Shown: positions 10,930-28,313, counted from the whole stretch's first letter. The stretch is 61,985 nt of DNA, filler included, from Choristocarpus tenellus KU-1152 (GCA_964200185.2; 14 parts of 14 records of this genome joined end to end with filler, not necessarily neighbours in it), one strand, 5' to 3'. Notes: generated from the letters alone by a model not told the origin. Program-made: numbers and translations.

Positions 10930-13900
10930 GTAGTTGGGATGTTAAAGTTGGCTTTTTTGAGTATCTCGTGGTTTGCCCTGTGCATGTTGTTTGACCAAAT
11001 CGTTTTTTTATCAACCTGTTCACAGAATTTGCGCAATTGCTGTGCAAGTCTTAGATTGTGGTTTATGTAGCAATGGAAGAAAGCACAAACAACAAGGGTT
11101 TATCACCAACTCAATTATCTCTTGTCGTTGGCGTTTGTGGGTAGAATCTAGGGAGAGAAAAATTGATAAACGATTCGCGATTTCTACATAGAGGAAAATA
11201 TCCTCCTTGACTTCCTTGCTCTATGCCTTGATACCATTGGCGTTTAATGGAGTAAAGTATCTTTTGGGCCTCTCTGTTCTTACAATATTTTCTCACACGT
11301 AAAAAAGGTGCTGTGCAGATCACGTTATGTCGTTTACATGGATCGGAATCACGTTAATTTTCGCACACTGTAATCGCCCTTCCTTTGAAACAGAGTCTTA
11401 CAGGTGTAGGACGGGGTTATTGTTTGATGCTTGTTGGTGACTATTTTTAAGTAAAAAAGCAATGCGGGTGGTAAGAAAAAATCAACACATCCAGTCATCG
11501 AAAGCATGTATCACAGAAGTTATTCTGTATTGAAGGTTCAGAAAGGTTTAGGAACACGGGCTGTTGAAGGTCTTACGTCACATCACACAAGTGAGGAGTT
11601 TGATAGAGGTTGTCTGTTTCCTCTCTTCGGGGGTTAGTCCACGTGATTGAGGAGGGAAGGTGGCAATGTGCAGTTTCCATGATGTACGGAAAAGATGTAA
11701 GCTGTCCAAATTGTTGGTATTTGTATTCTCCTGACGATATTAATGATGAGAACATTACTGTTGTAGTACTAGTGTAATGTGGCAGCCATTTGGACAGGAG
11801 TAGGTACTCGACACTGGAGGGATCGCTTATCATGAGGAGCAATTGATGGTTTGAACAGTCCTAATTGTTTACTAGAAAAAATGTGATTGAACCGTTGATG
11901 TTTTGTGACTATATAACTACTATTACTCTTACACTAGTCCTTGTGATTTTGGTTAGGCTTTTTCCCTGACATATTTGCAAAACGAACGTCAGAGAGCATA
12001 ACAATATTAAGAAAAACCGAGATCATTTTGTAATAGGTTTGGTTCATCCGGTTATTCGGATATTTTCATTATGCCCCAGAACGCACACAGAAGAACTAAC
12101 ACAAGGCCCCTTGTTCTACGCAGTGTGTATGTATATTAAGCTTCTTTCCTTCTGTGACATCTCAGAGATGTTATCACCATATACATGTTGCAAACGCTCT
12201 CTGTAGCTTCCCTTGATTAGATGTGTATGACCTATCCACAAGCTAGCTTGTAGGCGTATCGCGAGTTTTACAGAGAGGGCCTATGATATGTCAGTAGCTG
12301 ATAACCAACAAAAATAGATGGTTATCGGGTTGTTATTTTGAATAACTCAAGTGTTCTTTCTAGCTTGGTTGTGTGTTTGACCATCTCGAATAACACTGGA
12401 GGGAGTTGTACTGTTTCTCAAATGCTTCTTGTACGTCACGTAGGTTGAGTTATTATCTGCCATACACGTCAACTGAATACTACAATTTCTTCTTAAGATA
12501 CAGATTTAACACTATTTCAGTCAGATGACTTTGAACCTGCCCATTTTGTGCTGTCCGTGCACATGCTTGCTGCTTGCATCAGTTGAATCTTGATCAGCAA
12601 TACATACGCCGATAGCCTGTCACATAATACTGGGTAGTAGAACAATAATAAAACAAGAGGTGAAAAGGGAGGTCTTAATAAATCCGTCTTCTTTACTCTT
12701 CACAGTCAAACTCCTCAGGCACATCATATTCCTCAGCCTTCCTTAAGCAAGACATCGATTATTAATAGTGTCCGTCTCAGATACTACAACAGGAGATCAT
12801 GCCTTTGGCGATGAAGAAAGCGTAGAGAAAATCTAATATATCGAAATTTCGTGCTTCCAAAATGGCCCCATTCCAGCTGAGGGCCTCTCGCCTTGTTCTT
12901 CAACTGTTTAATGAAATTGAATCGATCACTCTTCACCTAATATAACTTAACCGAAAAAAATCATTTCGGTTCACAACATAATGTTATTGGCTTTACAACG
13001 TATGACCGTGGATTGGTTTCAGAAGATCAAATCGTGTATCATACTACGTAGCATAATATAAGCTAAGCAAATGGCCATGGGTAATGTTCTGGACAACGGG
13101 TGTACAATATTTGAATATGCTGGACAGGCATTTTATGACCAACCAACTTTACAGAAAATATGACACTAAGCGACGCCCTGGCAATGGATATTAGGCGCAG
13201 TCTCAGTTCTCGACAATGAACAATGCAGGGCAAATGGACTCAAGTGTTATAGAGCCACTAGCCCCCGAATGGGTGTCTGGATAACAGATGTTTTATTGGC
13301 CAAATATTGTAGAATGTTCTAGGGTAGAGCTAGTAGCGTTGAGCTTTCCATTGTCGTGGGTGAGAAAAAAGGTGTAGATCCTGGTGTTTTGTAAGCATAC
13401 ATTTGATACTCCAAAGTACATGGTAGTGTACGGCCTTCAAACAGCAGGGAGGGAGGAAATAAGAACAGAGATTGTCATCGGGTGGTCCTTTGACGGATGC
13501 TGCAGTGACCTTCCTCCTGTCATAGTCTGGTGATGCTGATGAGGCCCTGAGAAGACTCTTGTTCACTGAGAAAGGATGCAAAACAAGCTGATGAACGCTG
13601 GTGTATCTACTTGGCTTGGAATATAAGGAAGACTCTGTTGAGGAGTCGCGAGTCTTTGATGAAGGCTACATGAAGCAAAAGGATGACTCTGAAGGTGTGT
13701 ATAATCCTGGTTTACTGGCGAGGTACGAAATATTCATCTTCTTAAACAAAGATACAGTACGGACCAACACACTGAGCCGAGGTCTGGACGAGTCCCACAT
13801 TGCCATAATATAGAAGGGAGGATACAGCGTCGGACAGGCTACAATATTCTGTAATTCGTAGTCGTGTGCCACTCTCTCCCTTCATCCTGTACATCATTCT

Positions 13901-14097
13901 TCCGTGAACATCTTGTCCTATACAGGTCTGACATTGTTGAGTTCATTTTTCATCTATTAAATTCTGTATTACACACATGTATTTCATAAAATATACTACG
14001 TGTGTTGCTACATATACACCGTTTTTTGTCGTCATTACTACTTTGTTATTATGCCCTTTAACAATTTCCAGATGTGTTACAATGTTGGCAATCGTCT

Positions 14098-14224
14098 GAG
14101 TGAAACTATCTCAGAGGGTACGATTTTTGCCCTGTTTGTCCATTTGGGGCTTGGCTTCTCATGGGTTTTAAATGACAATCTACCTACTCCAAAATGTTTC
14201 AGAGTAGGTAAAATGTATGCGGTA
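14098..14224. mobile_element. MITE family A, truncated by contig end
   Basis: GAGTGAAACTATCTCAGAGGGTACG plus family internal sequence. Confidence 0.85.
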
Positions 14225-14324
14225 NNNNNNNNNNNNNNNNNNNNNNNNNNNNNNNNNNNNNNNNNNNNTTAATTAATTAANNNNNNNNNNNNNNNNNNNN
14301 NNNNNNNNNNNNNNNNNNNNNNNN

Positions 14325-14395
14325 ACATCAAAATCACAACATTGTATTTTGATCACCAAATGGACGCAGCTCTACCCTCTAAGATACTTTGGCTC
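14325..14395. mobile_element. MITE family A, truncated by contig start
   Basis: Ends CCCTCTAAGATACTTTGGCTC. Confidence 0.85.
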
Positions 14396-15352
14396 TTTTG
14401 TGTTCAAGATTTATGTATTGATGTATGTGTGTATGTGTATGTGGGTCGTATGTGTTTGTCAGTGCAATTTGAAAGCGGTGTGGGAGAGAGAGAGAGGAAG
14501 AGGGGTGTTTGTACGTTGAGGATAGATGAGATGCGGAATGAGAAGAACATCATTGCATGCAGTGCAACCCTACTTCTATTTCAGTTCCGAGATGAAGACG
14601 CACCAACGGGGGTAGAGCAACACAAACAGGGGATGGTAAACACAAGAGTCAGAAGAGTGAAGTTGGGGGGAAAGGTCATTCATTGGAGGAACGGCCTCAC
14701 AATGACATGATTACACCATGAGTGTTACCGGTTTGCCATGCGAAGGCAGGTCCGTAGGTGTGGCGGCTGGTGGTCTCTCCGTGGTTTAGTGCGCTGACGA
14801 GCGTTTTGCTGCATCATCTCTTGTTGTTGATAGTGGAGTCAAACCGTCTGAGGGTTAGGGTTAGGGATGCCAATAACGTGTCAAAAATATGACGTTTTTT
14901 GGTACAATTTGCAGAAAGAGCCCTTTTTTTGCTGAGTTGCATTGTAACTGCGTGTGTAACTGTATGTGTAACTGTGTAAAAAAAAATGGGAACTATCAGT
15001 TGTGTCTACACACTAATTGTACACACTATTGTCAGTGGAATAAATAGATAAATAAATGGGGGTGTATTGCACAGGGTAAGAAGGACGGCATAGAGTGAAA
15101 TCATTGGTGGAGGAGGTTCGCACCGGTTGATCACAAGGGGTGTTACAATGGGGGGGCGGAGTAGAATGGGTGGAATGCAAACGTAGAATAGATCATAATA
15201 GTCCACAACAAGGGTCCAAACCTGCCTTGGCTCAGTGATCGTTTTGTTCCTCACTTGCCAAGCCAATTCTCACTACTACCAGATTCTTACTGCAACACGG
15301 CTGATCTGATCCATGTGTCTTGTGTGTGTTTGCTGTGCTGGGGCATGTACAG

Positions 15353-17775
<2,423 letters not shown>

Positions 17776-20610
17776 TCTATGTCCCCCCTTTTGCCTCCCG
17801 ATCATTGTAATCGTAGTTTGGCGTGAAAGTATCATGCTTTGGTACGAAGTAGTATCGTGCGTGGCACTGAGTATATCTCAAGGATATGCTTTTTAAGGAC
17901 ACTGCATATTGCCAGTGGCATACCTAGCGGTTGGCGCAGGAACCGCATTTCTTGTTAGTACGTAATAGGCCGTTCTGTGTTCTATCAAAAGGAAAGGGCA
18001 GGTGTTTGAACGACTATTGGTTTGAAAAGTGGAATGGGTTCAAATCAAGGCACTTGTTTATTGGACACAAGACAAACGTTGAGTATTCTGTCGTGTGGGG
18101 GATTGTTTTCAGGATCTAGAACATTCCTTGCATAGAAGTTCTGTTAGGTTAGCTCGGAGCCAGAACCAAGATCGTGGTCGCCATATTATAGAGAGGAGAG
18201 GTTATGGTGGTGTAGGTGTAGGGTGAAGGGTGTGACCAGAAGGACCACCGTGCGTGTTGTTTTATCAGATAGATGATTATCATGACACTCATTATCCTTT
18301 GGGTGATTGTATGAAGTGGATGTTGGTTTATTCAGGGGAACAGGAGGATGGTGCTCGGGACAGCATGCGTTTTCATTTGTAGAATATCTCTATGGTATCC
18401 TGTGTGCTGAGACTACCCCTCACTACATTTGCTTGGGAGCGATCGCAGCAAGTGGAAGACAACAAGTCCAGTAGGTTATCTGAAGGTTTGCGGAGGGCTC
18501 CTTCCAGATTATGTAGACAAGATGCTCTTTTTGTTGCTATGAGCATGAGCAAGGGCGGCATAGTACAGTAGCCCTTGGTTGACTCTCTCTCGAAGTGGGT
18601 GCATGATAGATATTAGGGCTTGTTAGGACTACTACTACTCTAGAAGGTGGAGGCAATGTGAAGGCAACAGTGGGGGATGGTACCCTCCAAGATCTTCTAG
18701 GTCGATTCGACTCATCACATGGAAATCGAAAAACTAAGTTTCAAAGCCTTGCAAGGTATGTTTGATCCGTACAAGGTGTGAAGAGCATGCTTGGAGTAAA
18801 AGCTGTTGTGTAAATTGGCGACTAGTAGTAAAGGAATGTAGACACCTCTTTCGTTGAAGCGTAACTCTGGATTTATATATTTTTGTTCCGTGTATTGAGT
18901 GGAACCAGTTCTGAGAGTGGGGGGTCTAATTTGATCCTTTTGACTACGAAGATCTTAAGCCTTGCATACCACGCCATGCCCATGCCTGAAATGCACTTTG
19001 CCCCCCTTGATAGGGTGTGTGGCTGTGAAAGGGAATATCAGCTAGCTGTGAACAGATTGTGACCCGAAAGCGATCGTCCTAGGCATCGAAAACCGCATAT
19101 ATATATGTATATATATACCGTGAGGCGTTGGTAGATGAGCCCTAACAGATCATCCACACATCGTATCTATGGTACTGTTCTTTTTTTCTTTATGGTGACA
19201 TGGTTCGATGTCCACAGCATGCGTAAATGTCATTTCCTTGGTGAGGAACTACAGGGAGCAAAAAGCAGGTGGTTATTTTACAGGTCGACCACATCGCCGA
19301 TTGTTAGTCACTGCTTTTCTTCACCTTCACCTTTTGGTCTTATTACTCCTACATAATACAATGCTGTTTTTTTCGAACATGGACTTTACTGATCAGTCAT
19401 CCACTACATTTTAAAAATTCTGGTGATTATACGTCTGAGTTTCAGGGAAACGCTTCGACATGATTGTGTGAGTTCTCAATAAATAACGATCGCATCTTTC
19501 TGGGGCAAAATCGTGAATTTGTAACATCGTCAGTTGATGGCATCTGTTTTTCAAAGTATAGAACTTATTCACCTTGTTGGCGTAAGAAGACCAGAGGGCA
19601 GCATTGATGGGGGTAGCAGTTGTAGGCTATCAAACCCCAACCACGTCAGGTTGAATGAAGCTGCTTTTCATCATTTTTATTTCTCTTTTGCGGGGGGATT
19701 GATTCCTTCCTTCCCTACTCCCTTGACTGTGTGGAAATATATGTGATGATTGTTCCGATTGGAAGGATCTATGTGACGCAAATAATATTTTTTTCTGTAG
19801 AATGACCTGGCAGTGTGCGTCAATGACTGAAGTCTTACATATGGTAGGGTGATACTATTGGGTATCAACTGTTTTGCGCCTGGGTTCCTCTTGCTTACCC
19901 TCTGTTTGAACCTTCGCAAATCGGGATTATTCACCTTTCTTATTTGTTGCTTCACTATTGGTATCTTGCTTTCTCTTATTGATTATGTTGCTTCCGTCCT
20001 CTACTAACTTTCGACCATAGGTGTTTTGAGACCCATGACTAATAATGCGATTAGCGATAATGATTCTTCTTGGTCAAGTAAGGCATGAGATTGATGATAA
20101 AAGCCCTCTCCATGGTTTTTTGAGGGCCCATAATCCCGAACGTATAGTCAAACAAGGTGTCATAAGGGATTATCCGCACTCCGCAAAAATATCAAATGAA
20201 AATAAAAAAATCACCCTGGGATAGTGGGATAGGGTTAGGGCTTGTATATTGTCACAAAAGCACAAGAATAGTTTCCACCTCGTAAGAAGGCAACAAGGAA
20301 AAGTTAGACGCAAGAGATCTGAGACTCCCAAAGCTGAGTAGGAAATACTGGATACGAACATGATGGGAGGAGAAACCTTGATGCAGGTATGATCTTCTTC
20401 CAATCTCTCAAAGTCGAGTAGTTGCTGCATGAGGATGTCCGTTAGTATGCCGTGTGACATCTGGCCCTCCTTGGCATGTTTTGTGTTTCTGCTGAAGGCA
20501 ATGAATGTGATCGTATAAATGATATCCAAGGACTTAAGTTCGTGTACCACTGTTTGGATTCACATGCTCAAGCACAAGACTCACCACCACCTTAGGAAGT
20601 TGCTATTATT

Positions 20611-20790
20611 GACTCAAAGTGTCTGGGGGGGGTGGTGGCTGTCCATTCGGGGGCCATTTTTCCATGTGGAGATTTTTGGGCGATTTGGTTACATGCATCG
20701 GATGGATAATGTAAGTACACTTCTCCTGGTCAGGACCGGAATGGACACCCTGGTGTAGTCCCTCCTCCCCTCCCACAGATACTTTGAGCC
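20611..20790. mobile_element. MITE family B, full length
   Basis: GACTCAAAGTGTCTGGGGG ... CAGATACTTTGAGCC; reverse orientation to the copy at 60446. Confidence 0.85.
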
Positions 20791-22393
20791 ATTGATACCG
20801 TACATGTCTTCTTCCTGCTACCTTGTAATGATGTTGAGTGCTTTAATAATATTACAGTGTTATGTTGTCTCTCCAAGAATCCCAGCAGATAAATTGGAGA
20901 TACCAAAGCTGTGGTGATACTTCATCCACTTTATATTTATATACTTGGGATTCTTGGGGACATACAAGAGACAGACATGTTCATGCCATTCTTCTCACGA
21001 CATAGTCCACCCACTAACACAGATACTCATTCATTGGACTAGAGTGTGAGCACTAGGGCTGATCGCCACTCGTACTCCACCTGTTTCCCTGAATTATTTC
21101 AACAAGGAGATTTTTCTTCCCAATGGCCTGTCTGAGATGAAGTGCTAAATTAGTTCCATTTGTCTGTGCCATACGTTGCCCATTTGGTCACATCCTGCCG
21201 TGACTAGGAAGCGCACCATTTATTGTACGTTCACCCCATACCAAGCATGCCCTTTGCCTCATTCTAAGCTCTACTCGTGGTTCCCCTGTCCACCTTTTCC
21301 TTCTTTCCGATTACGACCTTCACAAAACCGCTATGGTAGAAGACTTGAATGGGAACAGTCTGTTTCCATCACAATCTGGGGCTCTGGGATAATAATGCTA
21401 TTGATGCATTGCCCAACAAACACCTACTATCCCATGGTAGTGAATGTCACCTCGAATTTCAATGCGACCACTGTCACCGACTAAACCTTATCATTGAGTC
21501 CCAACCCTGTCTCAAGATAGTATGTAAGGTCTATTTTTGTCATCATTGCCTATGTCCACGCCATCTTCCAACAGGGGTGTCTGCACCTCCGATACTGTGG
21601 CACAGCTTCCAATGTCATCGGCGTCGGGAGTGTTGAGAGATGATACATAGATGGCCCCCTGACTTGGACAAGGATAAGAAAGACCGTCCCATGATGGTGT
21701 ATAGCTCAAATCTCTTCCAGGACCCCTGCCCATACCCCGACCCCTGGCAATGATCTGGGACATGCTCCTGCCCCAACCACGGCCCATCCTGTCCGTAGAT
21801 AGTGCTGCTGGTACACTACAAACACCATCGGTGGAGTAGATTAGGAAATGCAGACACCNNNNNNNNNNNNNNNNNNNNNNNNNNNNNNNNNNNNNNNNNN
21901 NNTTAATTAATTAANNNNNNNNNNNNNNNNNNNNNNNNNNNNNNNNNNNNNNNNNNNNAAAAAACGCCGCCGGGGGGGGGGGGGGGGGGGGGGGGGGGAA
22001 GTTGTCGCCCTGCCCAAAGGTAACATTCCTGACCAATGGCAACTAGGGGATCTGTTCTTTTTTCCGAATCAAAGGATGTTGATGTGCCTGCTGTATGGTT
22101 GAAGTTGACCAGTCAACACTGTCCACAGGTCTCTCTAACCAACCTGAAAGAGAAGAAAGAAATATCCAGTGCCTCCAAAAAAAATTGAGGTTCAAAACAA
22201 ACACTCCCATCTCATGGACACTCAAACTGAAAATAGGATGAGGTTTGTGCGGGGAATCCGTGGAAAAAGTTGTTCTCTTTTGATAAAATTAACCCCCCTT
22301 GAGCTCTTCAGGCTAACCTGCCATTGCCAAGGGGGTTATAAGTAGGTCATCTTGTAGCACACTTGTTTCCCACTTGTTTTCTACTTGTTTTCT

Positions 22394-22651
22394 AAGTGAA
22401 AGTATCTTAGAGGGTACGAGTTTTGCCCTGTTTGTCCATTTGGTACTTGACTTCCCTTGGGGGTTTTTCGACATTTTCCTACCCCAAAATCTTTCGGAAT
22501 AGGTAAAATGTATACGTTATGAAAAGGTGTGTCTGGAACAAGGATATTGACACTTCCTAACAAACACGATAGCCAAAATTACATCAAAATCGCAACATTG
22601 GATTTTAGTTCCCAAATGGACACGACTGTACCCTCTAAGATACTTTGACTC
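22394..22651. mobile_element. MITE family A, TSD TTCT
   Basis: TTCT flanks at 22390-22393 and 22652-22655. Confidence 0.92.
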
Positions 22652-22954
22652 TTCTACTTGTTATCGGAGTTCTATACACGCATTTGCCCGTTTTGCACTC
22701 TATTACGTTTTTGTAATGCCTGGAAAATACATCAATCCTATTTACTTTCTACCCCTAAGGTAGAAGCCCCCAAAATCTTGGAAGTGAGTAAAGAACAGAG
22801 TCCGACAAGCTAATCTCGTGATTTTCAATCAAACAAAAACTCTCGCAAGATAAAAATATTTGTTTTGGTAATTTCAGGGCATCCTTCTTTGTGCAACTGC
22901 AATATACCTCTCAATATTACTCTTCGTTTTTTTTTCTAAATTTATTTCCACCGT

Positions 22955-23066
22955 TTCAAACATACCGTGTATAGCATACCGTGTCGAACATACCGTGTAA
23001 ATCATACCGTGTCGAACATACCGTGTAAATCATACCGTGTCAAACATACTGTGTCAAACATACCGT
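22955..23066. repeat. ~14-bp minisatellite (CATACCGTGTNNAA)
   Basis: About 8 units seen directly. Confidence 0.85.
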
Positions 23067-23084
23067 TCCACACTCTTGTTCAAG

Positions 23085-24383
23085 GTCTTCTGGCGATACC
23101 TACCTCAGCTCTATCACCGACGTCAACGAGACCCGAAGTGAGGAGGAATGGCATGGGCCTCCTGCTGAGGGGCGGGTTTCCCCACTTGAAGGGTTCCCCA
23201 TGGATGTCGTGCAGGTGGAGCAGGAGGATTTGGAAAATCGTGGGTGGCTTCCTTTGTCTTCTGGAGGTTGTCTCATGCCACCTCTACCAGATACGGTAAA
23301 AAGCAACATACTCTAAGATGCTTTCACTCTTGTCTGTAGCCAAGTGACTCTGGGGTCAAACAGACAGGCAACCCACTGCTACTGCGGAATTGGGTTATAC
23401 TACAATATGTAGTATCAGTAGTGATAGTGTCAATGATGGTGATAATTTGAAGTAATAACTTAGAAAGAGTTAGGGGGATGTTCCAGGGCTAATAGACGAT
23501 TTAGTAAGGTTAGACATCAATGCTGTTGTCATACAAGTGCCACTTGCCTCCTCAATCTATATTTGTGCTATAATGTCCACTATATTATAATATAGATGTC
23601 GTTCTTGTTTTTTAATAAATATTTAATTATTTACTATTACTTCCATTATTATCTACTTAAACATTTAACAGTGTTAATACTATTTCCACTCTTGTTGCCC
23701 TAAAGTAAGTATACCATTTTCATTGTCACCAGCAATATATTTTTTGTTACTGCTAATTACCAGGTCGTTGATTCTGCTGCAAACTTGTACTGCAAAGCAC
23801 TCCTTTTGCACCTCCTCTTCTAGAAATAACCATTCCATCGTCTTGAAATGGAAAGCAGAAGTAAGATCAACCTGGGTGTTTCAATACTTGTCTGTGTATG
23901 TGTCTAGAAAGAGAGATAAAAGAGATTGCAGCAGTTCATATGAGATCCCCTATCCATACACACACTGGAAGAGCAGCACTTTGTTGAGAAACATAGTGTG
24001 TACCTTAATTATTCCTGTGTAGGTCCTAAACCGTACCTGCAACCGCCACATACATTCTGACCCTAATATTATATACTTTGGTATGTCATATTTCCCAATG
24101 CTGTGAAGGGAGGTTAATGACTTGCTGTACGTGATTGCTTATCCCTCACTGTACACCTGAGTGCTTGGCTGGAACAAATCATTCACAATAACATATTGTT
24201 CACAATAACGTATTGTTATAATAACATATTGTTCACAATAACATATTGTCTTCCTACTGTAGGCATGTGAATACAGAAGGACTTCACGTGATGGAGCTAA
24301 CCAACCAAATGTTCCACAGCCCCAGCAGTGCGCTCATAGCCATGCCGCCCCTGGTGGCACCCGTAATGGGTCTCAAGACTGGG
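23085..24383 (+). CDS. Putative internal exons of an unknown protein
   Basis: GC-richer open segments bounded by AG/GT at 23085-23295 and 24263-24383; no motif recognised; exon set uncertain. Confidence 0.35.
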
Positions 24384-24656
24384 GTGAGTTTGCAAGATCT
24401 AGCTAGCCTTGAAAAAACTACAACAACCTGTTCGTGCATCGCACATGTTGGTGAATAAATGGTTGACAAATGTTTTGCTTAGCTGATTTTCAATCAGCTA
24501 TAAGGCATCTTCGCATGGGAGGTGGTGACAAAGGCCCATAGTAGATCCAAGGGGGGNNNNNNNNNNNNNNNNNNNNNNNNNNNNNNNNNNNNNNNNNNNN
24601 TTAATTAATTAANNNNNNNNNNNNNNNNNNNNNNNNNNNNNNNNNNNNNNNNNNNN

Positions 24657-24828
24657 TTTGTTAGGAAGTGTCATTATCCTTGTTCCGGACAGACCTTTTC
24701 ATAACATAGACATTTGACCTATTCCAAAACATTTTGGAGTAGGAAAATGTAATAAAAAACCCCATGGGATGTCAAGCCTCAAATGGACAAACAGGGAAAA
24801 ACTCGTACCCTCTAAGATACTTTCACTC
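24657..24828. mobile_element. MITE family A, truncated by contig start
   Basis: Ends GTACCCTCTAAGATACTTTCACTC. Confidence 0.88.
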
Positions 24829-24999
24829 GACACACAGCATCACTATTAAGTGCTAGTTAGGAGTAGGGCGACAGCAGAGGCAGTTATTCCTCCTCCTGGC
24901 TTTGTACGTAAGTAATTCACTTGGATATAATAAGCTTTACCCCATTTGTTAGTCAATATCACAAGCACAGTTACCCTCTCCGGGGCATCTACTTTGCAG

Positions 25000-25926
25000 G
25001 TGCCAGTCTGTGGTTCTCAACCGTTGGCCTTCCACACCGCATGCCAACCGACGACTGGTATGCAGCCTGTTTGACGCCTGGGGTGACCAAGGAATGACCC
25101 TAGGAACTGCCTTACAGACTACATGCAAGGCTGAGCTTCGGCTTCTCAACATACATGACAACATGGTGCGGGAAAACTATACTTTGCATAGTAGGAAGGG
25201 GGGGATAATGTGCTTGGGGTGCATGAGAAGGAACTAATTTATGCGAATTCTTCAATCTTTCTGGTTAGAAAAGAAAGTGTAAAACATCATTCTGTTGTTG
25301 GGTTATCAGTTGGTAGGATATTCTCCAGAAGTACACACAAGACTGTACTCCAATGAAGCTATATGTGCAGATGTATGTATTTGTGCATATAGTTGTGTTG
25401 TATGTTCAGAGTAGAGAGATGTATATATAGATGGATAAATGGAGCTCTAAACCTTCATGAATATGTGAATGTGTGAATATGTGTATGATTTTTTTAGTTC
25501 TGCTCGCTATGCGGATGCATTGAAAGCGTGCTTATGAGGCTAGGCAATAGCTACTCATACAATTGCAGCCTTCAGTCATCTCCCTTCCGCCTTGCCACCA
25601 TTTTCCTCTAACTTCGTATTTCTATTCTTACCCGAACCCTAGACATGGACCTTCCTTCCATCTCAATTCATGGCCACCACCTACTCACCACCCCCTTTGT
25701 TGGAATGTTGTAATCCAAGGGAAACAAGACCAATGATTCAAATGGGAGCAACAAAAAAGGTGGCACAAAGGATTTGTCAGGAGCAAAGGCAAAAGGGGGC
25801 AGTGCGGCAGCGGGGCAAGTTCCTGGTGCTGATGAGGATGCCCAACACTCCCCTGCTTGCCATCTCAGACCATTTGCACAATTTCGAACGGTACTCTACG
25901 GCTTGCCAAACCTAAAATTTGTATGA
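25000..25926 (+). CDS. CFAP46-like / CHAT-separase-fold protein, last two exons
   Basis: Exons 25000-25165 (CQSVVLNRWPSTPHANRRLVCSLFDAW) and 25720-25926 (...FRTVLYGLPNLKFV*) join in frame. SvvlNxW and VLYGLP are C-terminal motifs of CFAP46/separase-like domains. Confidence 0.6.
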
Positions 25927-28068
25927 ATGATTTTGATGATGCCTATTGTGAGCGAAATCAATAGAGCTCTTTAAAAACTCTACTTGTTTATTGGCACATT
26001 GCATGCATTATTTTTGTTGAGGTGGCCACACTTCAGTAAAATTAGAGTTCCTCTATGGAATGAAAAAATAATTTAGGTAATGAAAAAAAGCATATACTTC
26101 AGAATATGTTCATTCTTCTTCCTCCTGTTCCATCAGTAACTAAATCCAGCATACCAGATAATAATATTGTCAGATGTAAACCATTATGTACTCTGAAGTG
26201 TAAGCTAAGTACTCCAGTACACATCTGTTCCAAAAATATCAATCGACATGAAAATAATAAGCTCTGCAAAATTGATTACTTCTGAGTGATTGGCTGAGTT
26301 TCCCCCTAACCACCCCGTAGTGCTCAGAAATGAAAAATTTCACAGTAAAGCCAGATACGAGGAGCCCTCACCTAGATGGACATGAAAAAATAATCACAAG
26401 TATACCACATTGATTCTATAGGACATAGCTTAACCCATTCTTGCTTTCATGCAAGTTTGGCCAAGTACAGGACATCAATTTAGTCCTCCAAGCGAGGGAA
26501 AATAGTAGTAACAAAATGTGTGGGTGTATATGTTATGTTAAGGGTAAACAGGACCTTGTCACTCTTCGTAAGTGTTGATTAAAACAGGATGGTAGGTACG
26601 TGATTATATGCATTATATTATATTTGGGATTATTTCCACCAATATTAGTTGCTCTGAAGAACTAATATGCTACCCACAGTAAGCACCAAGACACACAATT
26701 TGAAAATCGAACAGCTTTCCAGCACTACAAGAGCTGTGGTCTCTTGCTTCATCAGCACAGAGAGTGTGTTAGGCCATACACCATCACTTACATTTTATGA
26801 GATGCTACAATATTGTATTATTTCTGGTCGAAACAACTCTCACAAATTATACAGATCATCCATATTTGGGCATAGAAAGTGAGACAAAAACGTAGGGGCA
26901 CATGGAGAGCTCTAGAACACAGGGGCAAGATGCGACACCTAGACCACAGGTGGGGTGTGTCATGTGTGTGTCGGAAGTCCATCCAGCAAACTAGTCTCTT
27001 TGAACTACTCTGACTGAGCATGACATAGTTCAGCACCTAGCCCTGTTAACGTGATTAGAACAGGAAGGCACAGTTTTGCTCGAAACCCCAAGCTCCCAAT
27101 CTGTATCTTCTGCCTGCGTAGTCTTCCAGACAGAAACCGCACTACTACTCTAATTGAATGTGCTGGAGCCCCTGGGCAACATGTATATGGGGGCTGTCCA
27201 ATCCTCATACACCTGCCTGTGGGTAGGTCTTCTCGTAACCAAGCAACATGGGCTTAATCGAATTAATCAGATTCTTCCTAGAATATAGCAAACAGGGTTG
27301 TACTTAGTATCGAGATCTACACCCTGCTCTGCTACTTCTAGTGTGGCAGTAGAGGTTTGATGATTGAGGCTCATCACCAAGGGGAACATTACAATGGCAG
27401 AAGGAGGAGAGGGATAAATGATTTACAACCAGAGTTAGCCATGTTTGATGTGTCATTAAGCGAGTCATGGACATAGTGTTGAGCTTTAGCCCATGGAGAG
27501 TCTGTCTTGGGGATAGTGACATGGGGGGAAAGTAGTGGAGCTTGAAGGCGGGCAGCTAATGAAGTACGTCCATGCACAGCAGCAGTAGTAGACCAGTGCT
27601 TAACACATTGGCCTCTATTACATACACACGCCCAGGTAAGTTAGGCAATTCTGCATGCACAGAACAATGAAAACGCAATAGCAAACAGTGATGCTATGAA
27701 TGGAAAGGTTTTGAGGACACACCAGCTCCCATATTCTCTAACCCTACCCCTAACACAAAGAAATATATACACTAGAAAATGATGTGACAATAGTGCAAGG
27801 CAAAGTGTGAAGAAAATGAAGAGACTGCACACACATGCGAGAAAGCAACAAATCAAATCAAACACTCTATTACTCCCAACGTGGATTATTTTGCAACAAA
27901 TCAAAATCAGTGCAGGTTAAATACTGCGAATCACAAAAGAGATTCGCTCGAGGATTTGAGATTTAGCACATTTGCGTACGGTACGATACGGAACTTACTC
28001 CCACCACCTCTCCCATGTCCAAATCCATCATTTAAAGAAGAACCTAACGTACCCTTTTCTAGTCTACG

Positions 28069-28313
28069 GAGTAAAAGTATCGTAGAGGGTACGAGTTTTG
28101 CCCTGTTTGTCCGTTTGGAGATTGACTTCCCACGGGTTCTTACGACATTTTCCTACTCCGAAACATTTAGGAGTAGGAAAAATGTATAGGTGTGTCCGGC
28201 ACAAGGATATTGACATTTCCTAACAAACATGATCGCAATATTAAGATCAAAATCGCAACATGGGACTTTGACCCCAAATGGACGCGGCTCTACCCTCTAA
28301 GATACTTTGAGTC
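28069..28313. mobile_element. MITE family A, TSD TACG
   Basis: TACG at 28065-28068 and 28314-28317. Confidence 0.92.

Noticed and set aside
14098-14395. One MITE spanning the gap
   Set aside because: Flanks differ (GTCT vs TTTT), so no TSD, and the join is artificial.
14850-14866. Telomere (TTAGGG-like; also ~40144-40180)
   Set aside because: Only 2-5 imperfect internal units, not at a sequence end.
20170-21858. Copia gag/integrase relic on the minus strand (similar hints near 13420-13870 and 50050-50350)
   Set aside because: Only fragmentary motif echoes (GRKISLL, FSRNTKH, YGL-KQ); too degraded to support without a profile search.
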